The position numbers were made by a program, and so were the translations under genes. DNA of 64,000 nt from the NCBI RefSeq assembly GCF_001194135.2, contig NC_068982.1, positions 182,364,908 to 182,428,907 on the forward strand, read 5' to 3'. The notes under the pieces are model-generated. The model searched no databases. It saw only the letters and a program-made list of their open reading frames with translations, and had not been told where the DNA came from. The stretch comes from Octopus bimaculoides. Taxonomy: Eukaryota. This document shows positions 1-12,819 of this stretch, piece by piece; within the stretch, counting starts at the first letter, position 1; each line of letters opens with the position of its first letter.

Positions 1-9
1 ATATATATA

Positions 10-1200
10 CAGGATGAGTGACAAGTAAGTAGGCATTAAAAATTGGTAATAAAATCCATATTCCTTTTACAAATTTCTTGAAACAAATGATACATGTTCT
101 TTATTACGTGGGAAAATGAATGTAACATATTTCTACGTAATCACCTGTGGCGGTAACCGATTTTCTCAGACAGCTAGGGATGGAATTGACAGCCTTCTGA
201 AGGACGTCGCCTGAGATATCATTGAGAACGTCTTGAAGACGTGTCTCCAAGTCTTCCAGTGTGCAAGGTTTTGCCGTGTACACACCTCTTTTATGTAAAA
301 AAAAAACTGGTAAAAATCATATGGAGTGAGATCTGGACTTCTTAGAGGCCATTCATGATGTCGTCCCATCCAACGAATTGGAACATTTTGGTCTAACCAC
401 GCACGTACATTAAGAACAAAACGGGGTGGTGCACCATCCTGAATGAATATCAGGCCACCAATGTTAGCCAGACACCGAGGAACACACGTAATTTTCGAGC
501 ATCAGAAGACAGTGTTTTGTATTCATGGTGTAACGCAGAAGATATGGGCCGACGACTCTTGTTGCCGTCATTCCGTACCACACGGTAACTTTTGGTCGAG
601 CTTGCATCCTCACAACCGTTATGTTCGGATCCCAATCACACGGCGTCCAGTATGGGAGTTGTGACGGTTGATGAAACCACCAACATTGAATACAGCCTCG
701 CCACTCGAGAATTTTAAACAACTCCAGCCAATCTCAAGCCAACTTAGCTCTAACTCTCCATATTCCATTCTGCGGTCACACTCTTTAGGTTTTAGTTCCT
801 GCTCTTAATGGGATTTCTACGAACGAAAACTCAATTTTTTATGCAACAGTGTACGTATTTTGTGTCTTGTTGGTCGACTTTCACGAGCTGCTTGGCGTGT
901 TGATTTTTGCAGGCTACGATTAAAGTTTTCCTGCACTGTTGCCACGTTCTCTACTGATCGGGATCTGGTGCGGCGGCCACTTCTTGTGTCGATCACAGAG
1001 TTTGTGGTCATCAGCTTTGGGTGACAACGTTTTTTTTTTATTTTCTCCGGATGTAGTGTTGCATCCTTACTTATCCATGCACCCCACTCTCTCTAAACCA
1101 AAACAATGCATTTCCACACTTCATGGCATGCTGCTACTTTAGCTGGTTCCTGAACAGTTGAGCGACCGGCAAACTGAAAAATAAGAGATATAGAAAAGAT
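10..1200 (-). mobile_element. Degraded Tc1/mariner-superfamily transposon, rosa/DD41D-like transposase pseudogene
   Basis: Minus strand reads IQDGAPPRFVLNVRAWLDQNVPIRWMGRHHEWPLRSPDLTPYDF (QDGAPPH and WPxRSPDLTPxD motifs) and an N-terminal RSGRRTRSRSVENVATVQENFNRSLQKSTRQAARE HTH-like segment. Frameshifted. TA-flanked TIR-like end CAGGATGAGTGAC at 10; the other end is not resolved. Confidence 0.85.
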
Positions 1201-2004
1201 AATAAGAGAATTAAAAATCTCCATTAGTGTTGACTATTTAAAAACTGTTACATAGCTCGAATAACAATTAAACAATCTACTTAGAGACGCATAATAGGTT
1301 CACCTTATTACCACCTTTCCTTATATGTTGTATATTGTATATCTTACGTACCTTAAATACATTTACATTATTAGCTCCTATCGCTTAAATTTATTATTGT
1401 ATCTTCTACATAACAACATAACACCGTGATATTGCCTGATTCCTTGTCTATATACATACTTCGTCATTTCTTCATTTATAAGGTGTTCGTCCCTCTTCTC
1501 CTTCAACGCCATTTTGTCACGTGATACACATCATATAAATTCTTCGTTAAGATAAGTGATGTTCTTTTTCCTAATACTTTTGAACGTCCTAATTTATTTA
1601 ATAGTTAATTACATTATCTTTATATATGTTTTCTTTTTCTTAATCTATAGAAAGTATTTCAATTGACGTTTTATGCCATTAACTTGACAGTTATTTATTA
1701 TTATTATGATTATTATTATAAAACCTTGACAGTTTATTTATTGTACTAAATATTGCTTAAACCTACAGACTTTTCTACCTGTCTTATTTTATCGCATTTT
1801 TATATATTAGGACACGTGTTTTGAAGTTACAAGACCTGAAGAGTGTTCTCATTATGGGTGGTACTTATATTGATCGATTCATTGTAGATTGACCAGATCT
1901 TTTCCACTTTTATGTGGAGAAAGGCAAAGGCCGATAAAGCTTGGCGTCAGAGAGTCGCAACTCATTTTTCCTGAAACAGCTAGTGCTCGAATAAACAAGA
2001 CAGA

Positions 2005-3960
2005 ATAAAACGATCCTGGATCTGATATTAACAGACCAGTCTATCTCCATTTATAGCATTTCAGTTGAAAACACTTTCCTCACGGACCACGACATGATAT
2101 CAGCAACTTTTACTTCCGGCATATCAAAACTAAACCAGTCAATCCCACTCCAGTGCACTTAGTTGACAACATAAACTTCCACAAAGCGGACAAGGGAGCA
2201 ATAAGAAAGGACCTGTCCTTTACCGAATGGTCCTTCACTCTCAGTTCCACTGACATTGAAACCAGACGGCAGCGCTTTGGGGACATTGTCACCTATACAT
2301 GCTCAAAACATGCTCACACATACAGCATCCACATTCCACAACAATGAAAAGGCTGGAGTTGCAAAAACTTCCTTTGTAGACCAATATGAAAACCTGCATT
2401 AAAAATCAAAATACTGCAGAGGAACAGTGAGTAATAAAAGGAAAATCAAACAGAACCCAAAAGTTTTCTGTTCATATGCAAATAACTATTGGACCCCTGT
2501 TTTACCCGTTGGTCCACTGATTGATGATAACGGCATTCTCCAACATGATGCTAAAAAAATGGCAGAAATTTTACAGAAATAATACTGCTCTGTCTTAGTG
2601 ATCCCACTGATATTGACGTAAGGGATGTGAACGAAGTCGATTCCCAACATATAATCTCGGACATAACCTTGACTGCTTCAGACATCATAGCAGCAATAAA
2701 TGACATCAAATACCTTTCTGTTGTAGGCCCTGATAGATTCTCCGCAAGCCTCCTGAATGAATGTAGACACCAACTTGCAGTCCCTCTAACCAACCTCTGG
2801 AGAAATTCTTTACACTCAGGTTATATACCGAAATATACTCTTATCCCATTCTGTCATACCATTTTTCAAATTGTGAAACAGATCTCTCGCAATCAACTAT
2901 CACCCAGTATCACTCACCACCCATATCATTAAAGTGTTTGAAAGGGTGGTGCGATGAAGGGTAGTACGCTTCCTGGAGAGCCACAACCTCCTAAATTCAA
3001 ACCAGCTTGGCTTTCGCTGCGACAGGGACTGTCTAACACAGCTCTAAAACCTTAAAGTCTTGGGATCAGGTTCGAACTCTGATGTCATATATCTTGAATT
3101 CAGTAAAGCCTTCGTCAAAGTCAACCAAAGATATCATCCTGTGAAGATTTGTCAAATGCTGGAACCCGTGGAAAACTACAACAGCGGATTGAGTAATTCT
3201 TGGAAAACAGAACACAACATGTGTGATCGGTGGAATTCATTGAAGGGTAACAAAAGTCATCAGTGACGTCCTTATTGGTCCTGGTTCTCTTTATAGTCTA
3301 TATAAACGAGCTTTCCACCGTTATTAAACACGGCAAAGTGAAAATATTCGCTGATGACTCCAAGCTCCAGAAAATTATCAATGGAGATAGAAACCGAACA
3401 GAACCCTAGTCTGATCTACATTCCGTGTGTCAACCGATAGACAAAACAAAACGAGGACACATTTCAGCTGATGGATTTTGGAAGAAGACTATATTAAAAG
3501 AGACATACTCCCTTCAGGGGAAACACTCACAGCATCTCATAATATCAGCGACCTAGGAGTAATTGACAGCAATCTCAGCTGGAATGCCCACATCAACAAT
3601 AAGGTCGATATAGCTCGTAGTATGAGTTCCTGGATCATTCCAGTCCACAAAACAATGTTTTATCATTCCCATTTTCTCCTCATTTGCACGGCCACAATTC
3701 GAATACTGCTGCCCCCTGTGGTCTCCCCATAAAAAAAAAAAAAAATTCGAAAATTGAATCATCACAGAGGACATTCGCTGAAAGAAGTAATGGCGTGACT
3801 CATCTCGATTATTGGGACAACCTTAAAGCATTGAAATTCTATTCTCTCCAGCGCCGCCGTGAACGATACATCATTTGCACGATGTAGAAAATATATCCCC
3901 AGGATAGCCCAAATAGCTTCAAATCTCTTGCAATGATTAGACCACAGAACATACGTACCC
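2005..3960 (+). mobile_element. Degraded CR1/L2-group LINE ORF2 (APE C-terminus plus reverse transcriptase), 5'-truncated
   Basis: Across frames: ILDLILTD...TDHDMI (APE end), NINFHKADKGAIRKDLSFTEW, GPDRFSASLLNECRHQLAVPLTNLWRNSLHSGYIP, NQLGFRCDRDCLTQL, DVIYLEFSKAFVKV, IFADDSKL (3347-3358), LDYWDNLKALKFYSLQRRRERYII. Many stops and frameshifts. Confidence 0.9.
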
Positions 3961-4007
3961 TACCCAATTTAGGATCACGTCACTTAAATACACTGTAACG
4001 CTATTTC

Positions 4008-4058
<51 letters not shown>

Positions 4059-4140
4059 GCGCGCGCATGTGTGTGTATATATATATATTCTATGTGAATG
4101 CGTATATATTCTTCTGTATATCTTATCTGAGTATCACTAT

Positions 4141-4362
4141 CTTTATTCTTTTATTCATTTGTTTCAGTTATCTGATTCCGGCCATACTGCAGCACCACCT
4201 TTAGTCGAAGAAATCGGCCCCAGAACTTATTCTTTGTTAGCCTAGTACATATTTTATCGTTCTCTTTTGCCGAACCAATAAGGTACAGGGACGTAAACAC
4301 ACCAACATCGGTTGTCGAGCCAGGGTGGGGGGACAAACACAGACACACGCACCCACGCACGC

Positions 4363-4397
<35 letters not shown>

Positions 4398-4531
4398 AAA
4401 TCTACTCATAAGGTTTTGATTGGCCCGAGGTTATAGGAGAAGATACTTGGCCAATGTGCCACGCAGTAGCACTGAACCCAGAACCATGTGGTTGGGAAGC
4501 AAATTTCTTACCACACAGTCATGCCTGCACC
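4141..4531 (-). mobile_element. tRNA-derived SINE, family 1, full length with internal (CA)/(TA) microsatellite
   Basis: Reverse complement matches the head, body and AAAAGAAT-type tail of the copies at 4580 and 7571. Confidence 0.85.
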
Positions 4532-4579
4532 TTGTTTTGTAATACATATCAATACGTAAACAGTAGTGCTCCACATAGA

Positions 4580-5025
4580 TCACAGGAGTGGCTGGGTGGT
4601 AAGAAGCTTGCTTCCCACCCACATGGTTCCGGGTTCAGTCACACTGCATGGCAACTTGGGAAAGTCTCTTCTTCTATAACCTCAGGCCGACCACAGCCTT
4701 GTGCGTGGATCTGGTAGACGGAAACTCAAAGAAGACTATCGGTTGTTGTCGCTGCTGTTGTTGTTGTCGTTGTTGTTGTCCGTGTGAGTGTGTGTGTGTG
4801 TATATATTTAATTATATGTGTGTTTGTGCCTATGTTTGTCCCCACAGTAGTGTTGTTGTTATGTTGTTATGTTTACATCCTCGTAACTTAGAGATTGGCA
4901 AAATTACACTATGGAATACGTATTAGGCTTACAAAAAGTCCAAGCGTCCATTTCTTCGATTAAAACCCTTTAAGGTGATGCTCCAGCATGGCCACATTCT
5001 AATTACTGAATCAAGTAGCAGAATA
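4580..5025 (+). mobile_element. tRNA-derived SINE, family 1, full length, with 26-bp target-site duplication
   Basis: A-box-like TGGCTGGGTGG, B-box-like GGTTCAGTC, CTTGGGAAAGT box, internal (GTT)/(TG) tract. Flanked by ACGTAAA[C/T]AGTAGTGCTCCACATAGA at 4554-4579 and 5026-5051. Confidence 0.9.
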
Positions 5026-5297
5026 ACGTAAATAGTAGTGCTCCACATAGAGTATCATCATCCAGGATACTTCAAAACGGAGCCATTTCGTTTCAGCATT
5101 CATTTGCACTTGTAACACTCTCTACACAAGATGGAAATAACCACATTTGTTAAGCTTACGCCGGCAGGATATGAAATAAACTGGCTTTATCACACATTTT
5201 CCAATATAAACCTATATACGTATATGTATATATGAATGCATGTATATACGCGTGTATTTTCATGTATATTGTGTGTATGTGCTTGTGCGTGCGTGTG

Positions 5298-5376
<79 letters not shown>

Positions 5377-5669
5377 ATACGATTACTTTTTATTTAATTA
5401 CTAGCTATATTCTCATAAGCTGCAATGGAAATAATTGCCGCATAAGAAATTGAAAACATGCATTTACTCGAAAATCCTGAAGGTGAAATAATCATCGTAA
5501 AGCGAAAAAGAAGAGAAAATTGCGAAATATATTTCATGGGTTTAGTAGCAAAATATATATTGAAATATCCTCAAAGAATAAAGAATTCTGTGATATGCTT
5601 TCGGTATATTCAATATCTTATCCAACATTAATGCAGCCGTTCAGAAATATCCTTTATATCTGTGAGTGT

Positions 5670-5800
5670 ATCTGCATGTGTGTGTATATGTATGTGTGTA
5701 TGTATGTGTGTATGTATGTATGTATGTATGTATGTATGTGTAGGTATGTACGTAAGTACGTATGTACGTAAGTACGTATGTAATGTGTGTGTAACTATGT
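5670..5800. repeat. (TGTA)n/(TG)n compound microsatellite
   Basis: Directly visible. Confidence 0.95.
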
Positions 5801-7570
5801 ATGTATATGTTTATTTTCCATATAAAATTGTGCTAGGATTATGTACTTTGACGTTCAATATTAATATGTTATTCTTTCTTTTGAGATCGGAAGCTTATTT
5901 ATCCTGAACCAACATTTTACGCATTTTGCATCAGATTTTACCAAGAACAGGTAGTGCATGAGTAGCTGAATGTGTTGCGCGTGCACGTGTGTGTATTTTA
6001 TATAAATCTCCTTAACCAGAGTTGTTTATGTGGAGACTCTGAAGAAGCTTGCCAAATCTTTCCGATTCTTGACGCAAAGTTATTAATAAAAGAAACGATT
6101 GCAAGCGAATGAATGTAATTATGTAAATCTTGATAATTTTCTTTAAATAGTAATATGGTGCATATTAGTATAGCTTTAATTTAAGCAATATGTCGCCATT
6201 TAAATTTTCTTGTCGATGAAATAATCATAAGATCGAGCTACATTCTGTGTTTACTGACGTAAGATAGACGGTATTGCTTTTCCTGTTGATACGAGCGTCC
6301 ACTGTGCAATTTATTATTTAACACCTTGTTGAAATTTCTAGTGTTGAGTTACTATATGTGCCTGGAATTTGCAATTAACTCTGTCTTTGTGTTCCAAATA
6401 TGTAATATTTGTTAACTCTGTTATACAATGTCGCCAAGTCTTAATTGATAAATCATCTGTTATGAAAATTGATAGCATACTGTTATTTAACATGTCATAT
6501 TTCTACAGATAAAATTTATAATCCCGCTTTCATACGTTCGCGAATGTAGAATTGAATGTGATAAATGTTAATTCAATCATTAGTCACTTTCCCAGTATAA
6601 TATATATATGCCTGATGTTTTATGTTTGTTTTGCAGAGAAAACCTTCTTGTTATGAAGTTTTCATTAAACGGTTCGTCCATTTGGTTCTGTAATTTTAGC
6701 AAACATCTCCCTACAAAAAATAATGGAGTGCACTACAGGGTAGACTGAAACATAATTGAAATATGTTTTAAGGTTCCATAACGAAAACAGCGTTTAAATA
6801 ATTATTGATTATATAGTTTATTATTCTGATAATGTCAAATATTTCCTATACACAATGTGTCGGAGCAGACCCTTATCCAATTACAATTAATTGAAGAATT
6901 TGTCTCTCAGACCACAGTTAAATATGTAAGATATCTTGATAAAGATCACGTTTTATGTAGCTCTTGATAATTCATGCATGTGTATTTCATACAGAATTTT
7001 ACTAAATCACTGCAGTTTAATTTATTACAAAAGTTTCCATTAACATTTGATACGCCAACATAAAAGACTCGTCCGTTATAAAGTTGAATATGGTGCAGAA
7101 GATTTGCAATAGAGAAAGAAACGAATTGTTTAGTTCTGAAGATTTTAATTATTTAATCTTTTTGTCTATCTATTCTGCGAAATTTTCTATTACAAATATC
7201 TCATTTTGTAATTATTTTGTGAAATATTCCTTTAATTTGTTTACAAATGTTGTATTATAATTATGTAAACAAAGCATAACAATTGCGAAAAATCTTCTAA
7301 ACCAAAAAAATATCGAAAACAAAACAACTCACGTAAGCTTTATTCATTAAAATAAACGTAACGAACATTATAACTTGATTTACATAGATACTGAATATAT
7401 CTGGATTTGTTGAAAACTTCATGCGTTTAGTTTGTTTGTTCTTTTTGTTATGAAACCCGTGACTTTTCAGAGTAAAAATGTTGAACAAAATGTTCGTTAA
7501 CCTCTATACACATGGTTATTATTTCTTATTCATATTCTTACGAATTTGAATGTATTTTTCTAATCCATAT

Positions 7571-7740
7571 GCGCAGGAGTGGCTGTGTGGTAAGTACCTT
7601 GCTTACAAACCACATGGTTCCGCGTACAGTCCCACGGCGCGGCATCTTGGGCAAGTGTCTTCTACTATAGCCTCGGGCCGACCAAAGTCTTGTGAGTGAA
7701 TATGGTAGACGGAACCTGAAAGAAGCCCGTCGTATATATG

Positions 7741-7819
<79 letters not shown>

Positions 7820-8070
7820 ATTTGTGTGTGTGTGTGTGTTTGTGTGTGTGTATGTGTGTTTGTGTATCTGTGTTTGTCTCCCATCATTACTTGACACTAG
7901 ATGCTGGTGTATTTATGTCGCCGTCACTTAGCGGTTCGGCAAAAGACACCCATAGTATAAGTACTAGGCTTACAAAGAATACGTGCCGGGGTCGATTTGC
8001 TTGACTAAAGGCGGTGATCCAGCATGGCCGCAGTCAAATGTCTGAAACAAATAAAAGAGTAAAAGAGTAA
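7571..8070 (+). mobile_element. tRNA-derived SINE, family 1, full length with ~130-bp internal (TA)/(TG) microsatellite
   Basis: Head GCGCAGGAGTGGCTGTGTGGTAAG, CTTGGGCAAGTGTCTTCTACTATAGCCTCGGGCCGACC, microsatellite about 7732-7870, 3' body, tail TAAAAGAGTAAAAGAGTAA. Confidence 0.9.
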
Positions 8071-8587
8071 GACTAAATTCGAATCTGAGTGAACTAGTTG
8101 CATTGTGGTTTGACGGAAATATATAAATATGACAACTTGTTAAATCCTTGTAAATCTTTTGCTGAAATGTAAAAATAAGTTTTCTTGACTATCATATATT
8201 ATTTAGTTTTATTTTGTGCTTATTTTGTTTATTACATATCATTATTATCATCTTCCAGATACGCAAATAAATGTGACCAACCTCGTTGAAATAATAATAT
8301 TAAGCAGGATTTGCACGCGTTCCACTATGGAATATTCTTATTCCGCTATAAATAAAATATATTTCGTATACGTTTTCTAAATTCTTCCTTTTTCTATTTT
8401 ACCAAATGGTACATCATTTAGGTATATCTATCAGTGGATTTAATTTGTTCAGCTCATTCAATGAACGGATCTTTTTAAAAATTCGAGTGAATAATAGCCA
8501 AAGGGAGTTATGTCTTTAGTTATATACAGAAGGAAATATTTCGTCCGCAAAATATTGTCCGTTTCGTACATTTATCAATAATCCAAC

Positions 8588-8630
<43 letters not shown>

Positions 8631-9481
8631 NNNNNNNNNNNNNNNNNNNNNNNNNNNNNNNNNNNNNNNNNNNNNNNNNNNNNNNNNNNNNNNNNNNNNN
8701 NNNNNNNNNNNNNNNNNNNNNNNNNNNNNNNNNNNNNNNNNNNNNNNNNNNNNNNNNNNNNNNNNNNNNNNNNNNNNNNNNNNNNNNNNNNNNNNNNNNN
8801 NNNNNNNNNNNNNNNNNNNNNNNNNNNNNNNNNNNNNNNNNNNNNNNNNNNNNNNNNNNNNNNNNNNNNNNNNNNNNNNNNNNNNNNNNNNNNNNNNNNN
8901 NNNNNNNNNNNNNNNNNNNNNNNNNNNNNNNNNNNNNNNNNNNNNNNNNNNNNNNNNNNNNNNNNNNNNNNNNNNNNNNNNNNNNNNNNNNNNNNNNNNN
9001 NNNNNNNNNNNNNNNNNNNNNNNNNNNNNNNNNNNNNNNNNNNNNNNNNNNNNNNNNNNNNNNNNNNNNNNNNNNNNNNNNNNNNNNNNNNNNNNNNNNN
9101 NNNNNNNNNNNNNNNNNNNNNNNNNNNNNNNNNNNNNNNNNNNNNNNNNNNNNNNNNNNNNNNNNNNNNNNNNNNNNNNNNNNNNNNNNNNNNNNNNNNN
9201 NNNNNNNNNNNNNNNNNNNNNNNNNNNNNNNNNNNNNNNNNNNNNNNNNNNNNNNNNNNNNNNNNNNNNNNNNNNNNNNNNNNNNNNNNNNNNNNNNNNN
9301 NNNNNNNNNNNNNNNNNNNNNNNNNNNNNNNNNNNNNNNNNNNNNNNNNNNNNNNNNNNNNNNNNNNNNNNNNNNNNNNNNNNNNNNNNNNNNNNNNNNN
9401 NNNNNNNNNNNNNNNNNNNNNNNNNNNNNNNNNNNNNNNNNNNNNNNNNNNNNNNNNNNNNNNNNNNNNNNNNNNNNNNNN
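8631..9481. other. Assembly gap (N-run) flanked by (CA)n on the left and (GT)n on the right
   Basis: N characters. Other gaps lie at about 22236-22245, 23062-23307, 24668-24956, 30018-30410, 46453-47143, 53517-53526, 57403-57412 and 61710-62635. Confidence 0.99.
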
Positions 9482-9542
<61 letters not shown>

Positions 9543-10807
9543 TGCGCGTGTCTGTGTATGTAATGCAAACATATACCTATACATGCATGTGCAGGTATAT
9601 GAACGCCTGCAGATATGGAATTATGCATGTATGAAAGTATTTATATCACTCATTCATCTTTCACATTCCATTGAAATATATTTGTTTGCGTATAATATAA
9701 TTATTTATATAGAAGCAAGTTTTCACATATCATCTATATATAAATATATGCGTGTGTGTATGTGTGTGTTTGAGCAAACGCATAACATAACGTATGGATG
9801 AATGTGTGCGTGTACATGTGTTTTTATGCCTGCTTTGCGTTTTGTTATCGCGCTTCCATATATGTATTAATCCATGCATGGCATTATTTTCTTTATTTTG
9901 TATGTTTTGATTTATATATGTGCACACACATAAGCACGTTTGTACTTCCGTATATATGCAGGTATATCATAGTGGTTAAGAAGTTGTCTGCATAATACAT
10001 TACGTCCTGGTTTCATTTCACTACCTCCATGTGTAATCTTGGACAAATCTACTTACCATAGTGTTGGGACGACTTTATTTAGACACACAGATACTAAGTA
10101 CGAAGACCGGAAGATGAATTGTACATATATTACTCTAGTTATCCTGCCATGCTAATTGTACTTCAGAAGTATGTGAAGGGTGAACGAGTCTGTGAATATT
10201 GTACCACATCCCATACAGCAGGTTGTGTATCTTACGTAACAGCAGGACATATATAAATTATTGTAAATGTTCTTGATTAACATATGCTTAATCTATAGAC
10301 TAAACGACTGGATCTTTTTTTTTTGCGTTTTTCAAAGTTTCATAATTGACATTTAATTGAAATTTAATTTTAGTTATTCTGCTCTTGCCTTATCCTTATA
10401 TTTAATATTGTCTGTTTTCTGTCTCATATCTTTATGTTTTCCCTTGTGTTAATATTTCATACAGTTTTGACAGAAAATTTACTGTCAGTATTGTTTTTTT
10501 TTATTTTCATATCGTATGTGATTTCGCTTACTACATTATTGTAACTCCATCTGTACTGTCGTTCAGGTTTATGCTATCTGCAGACTACAGTGCATAGTAA
10601 CTTTCGTCACATTCGAGTATTGTCTTCATAACGGTTTTTACTAAGATATGAGTCATAACTTTAGTGTTAACTGTACGGATTTGCATTTAGCTATCTCATC
10701 TAGGTGATTTATTTGAATTCTTATTCAATTTATGCACCAGTTTATTATTTCATGTCGTTGGATTGCTAAAATGTCCCCTTGAATTTGAAACATAAGGAGC
10801 CGTTCCC

Positions 10808-10925
10808 ATGTCATCTTTTCGGGGTCTATAAAATAAATACCAGTTGAACACTAGGGTTGATGTAATCGACTTACTTTCTCCCTCGAAATTGATGGACTTG
10901 TGCCAAAATTTGAATGCCAATATTA
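10808..10925 (+). mobile_element. SINE family 2, 3' half
   Basis: CATCTTTTCGGGGTCTATAAAATAAATACCAGTTGAACACTAGGGTTGATGTAATCGAC...TTGTGCCAAAATTTG matches the copy at 26093. Confidence 0.75.
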
Positions 10926-11313
10926 TGTGTTATAATGACAGAATGTAAAGTTTTTATGTGAAACGCAGCACGTGGATATTCTTTTACGTTCTGATGATGC
11001 TATTTCATTAATGTATATAGGTTTCATCTAGGGATTCCCGCTAACATTTATTTCTTCATTAGATTGTGTTGAAGGGATAAGATTAAGTCATTCAAAAGTT
11101 GTTGAAATCGATGTAAAGTTCCTACCATCTGGAATTAATTTTAGGTAGAAGTGGCTATATTCAACTTATGTTGCGAATTTTATTATTTATTGTTTGTTTT
11201 TGAAACTAAAATCGCTATTGATGAGGGTAAAAAGTTTCCTCAACGTTTTCTTCATAAGACGTCGTCTACTTAACAGCGTAATAGTTATAGTATTCTTGAC
11301 AAGTATATGCACG

Positions 11314-11375
<62 letters not shown>

Positions 11376-12819
11376 ATATTCTGTTTGAAAGGTATACTTA
11401 TTAAGGTATCTTGGTACTAAATCAATTGAATGTAAATTCAGTTCTAGACAATTAAGCGATACAACATTGACACGGAAATATGAATTTTCATTCATCTCAA
11501 AAGATATTATTCGTTAATAGTGTCTCCGTAGGTGATGCATATTTCTACGAATAAATTGAAATGCGTTATAACTTAAAACTTATATGTTCTTAAATTCAGT
11601 TTCAGTGATAATTAGAACAAATCATTGTTATATATTCCTTAAATCTTCCTAAAATTGATGCCAAATGTTTTGTTGTGTACGTTTGAATAACTTTGGAAGT
11701 GTTTAAGGCTATCCACACTAATCTTCAGAATACATCGTGAAATCACTTTATTTGGTTTACTACTTTTTGTCAGAGTTAATTAGCATTTAAATCATTAACA
11801 GTATCAAATTTCTGACTAGATGGAAGTGTACTTATTGACCTTAATAAATTTCAAATGTAGTATCGATGAAATGCCGCTGGGTCATACCTACGACGTCGAG
11901 ATGCAAATTTAAATGATACTAATTAATGATTATCGAGAATATTCCATTAGGAAAGCAACATATAAAGATACTGGTGACTTGGTTTCTCCCTTTACCCCTA
12001 TACTGAAACAAGTAGGCAAGCGTGAACAACTGTACTTGTTAGTATTTCTTTTTAGACAGCAATAAAAACAAATGATTATACAAATGGAAAGGAAGCTCAC
12101 CTTAAATAATGATTGAGGTTTGCTTAAGATCTATTCTCACATAAGTTATTAGTTTTAATACTTTGAATGCAATTTCAGAGCTCGAATTCAAAACTAAATG
12201 CTGTATGTTTATAGACAAAACAAAGATATTTTATTTAAGTTCCATTCTAATTTATCCAACAGCATTTTGGATGTTCTCATATTTCAGTAATGTCATATTT
12301 TGTTTCCTTTATGATAACGGAAGACATTTTGGAAACTCCCCGCTGATTACATTTTCCTAAATTACATTCTGTTACTGCTAACATTTGCTTTGTCAGCATG
12401 ATGTAACAGAGCCTTGTCCATAGAAGTTACGCTTGTAATTTTAATTTGCCGTTAAGCATTATTATTTTTATTCTTTAGTCAAGCATATCATCCTTTTCTA
12501 AAATCATACTGCACTCTCATGTTAATTATTCTGAAATAGTTGCCTTCTTTGCTTTCTGCAGAACTTCATTTTGTATTTTCTTTTTTCAAGTGAGTTCCAC
12601 TGCACATTTGAGAAATTTGTAAAATTGTTTTTGAGTTCATTATCGTCGTGCTTCACTTCTGACACGATGATTGGCAGGCGATTAAGCATGCGATTTAAGA
12701 CAGGCTACCACAAAATTTTCGGAGGTTTGTGTTTTGTGTACTCATACATCTCTGGATGATATATGAAGTTTGTACTATATAAGATATAAAGTACGTTTAT
12801 TCAGGATCGTTCTTTTGCC

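Noticed and set aside
1836-1990. Second hammerhead candidate (CTGAAGA at 1836, GAAACAGCT at 1973)
   Set aside because: About 130 nt separate the cores, there is no closing stem II, stem I or valid cleavage triplet, and the downstream half resembles a SINE fragment on the minus strand.
8520-9801. Long ORFs (346-354 aa) and opposite CA/GT polarity across the gap
   Set aside because: The ORFs are N-runs plus dinucleotide repeats; the polarity switch cannot be interpreted without the gap sequence.
10167-10221. Micro-exon candidate AG|KYVKGERVCEYCTTSHTA|GT
   Set aside because: Weak donor (GTTGTG), no recognisable protein and no linkable neighbouring exon; expected by chance.
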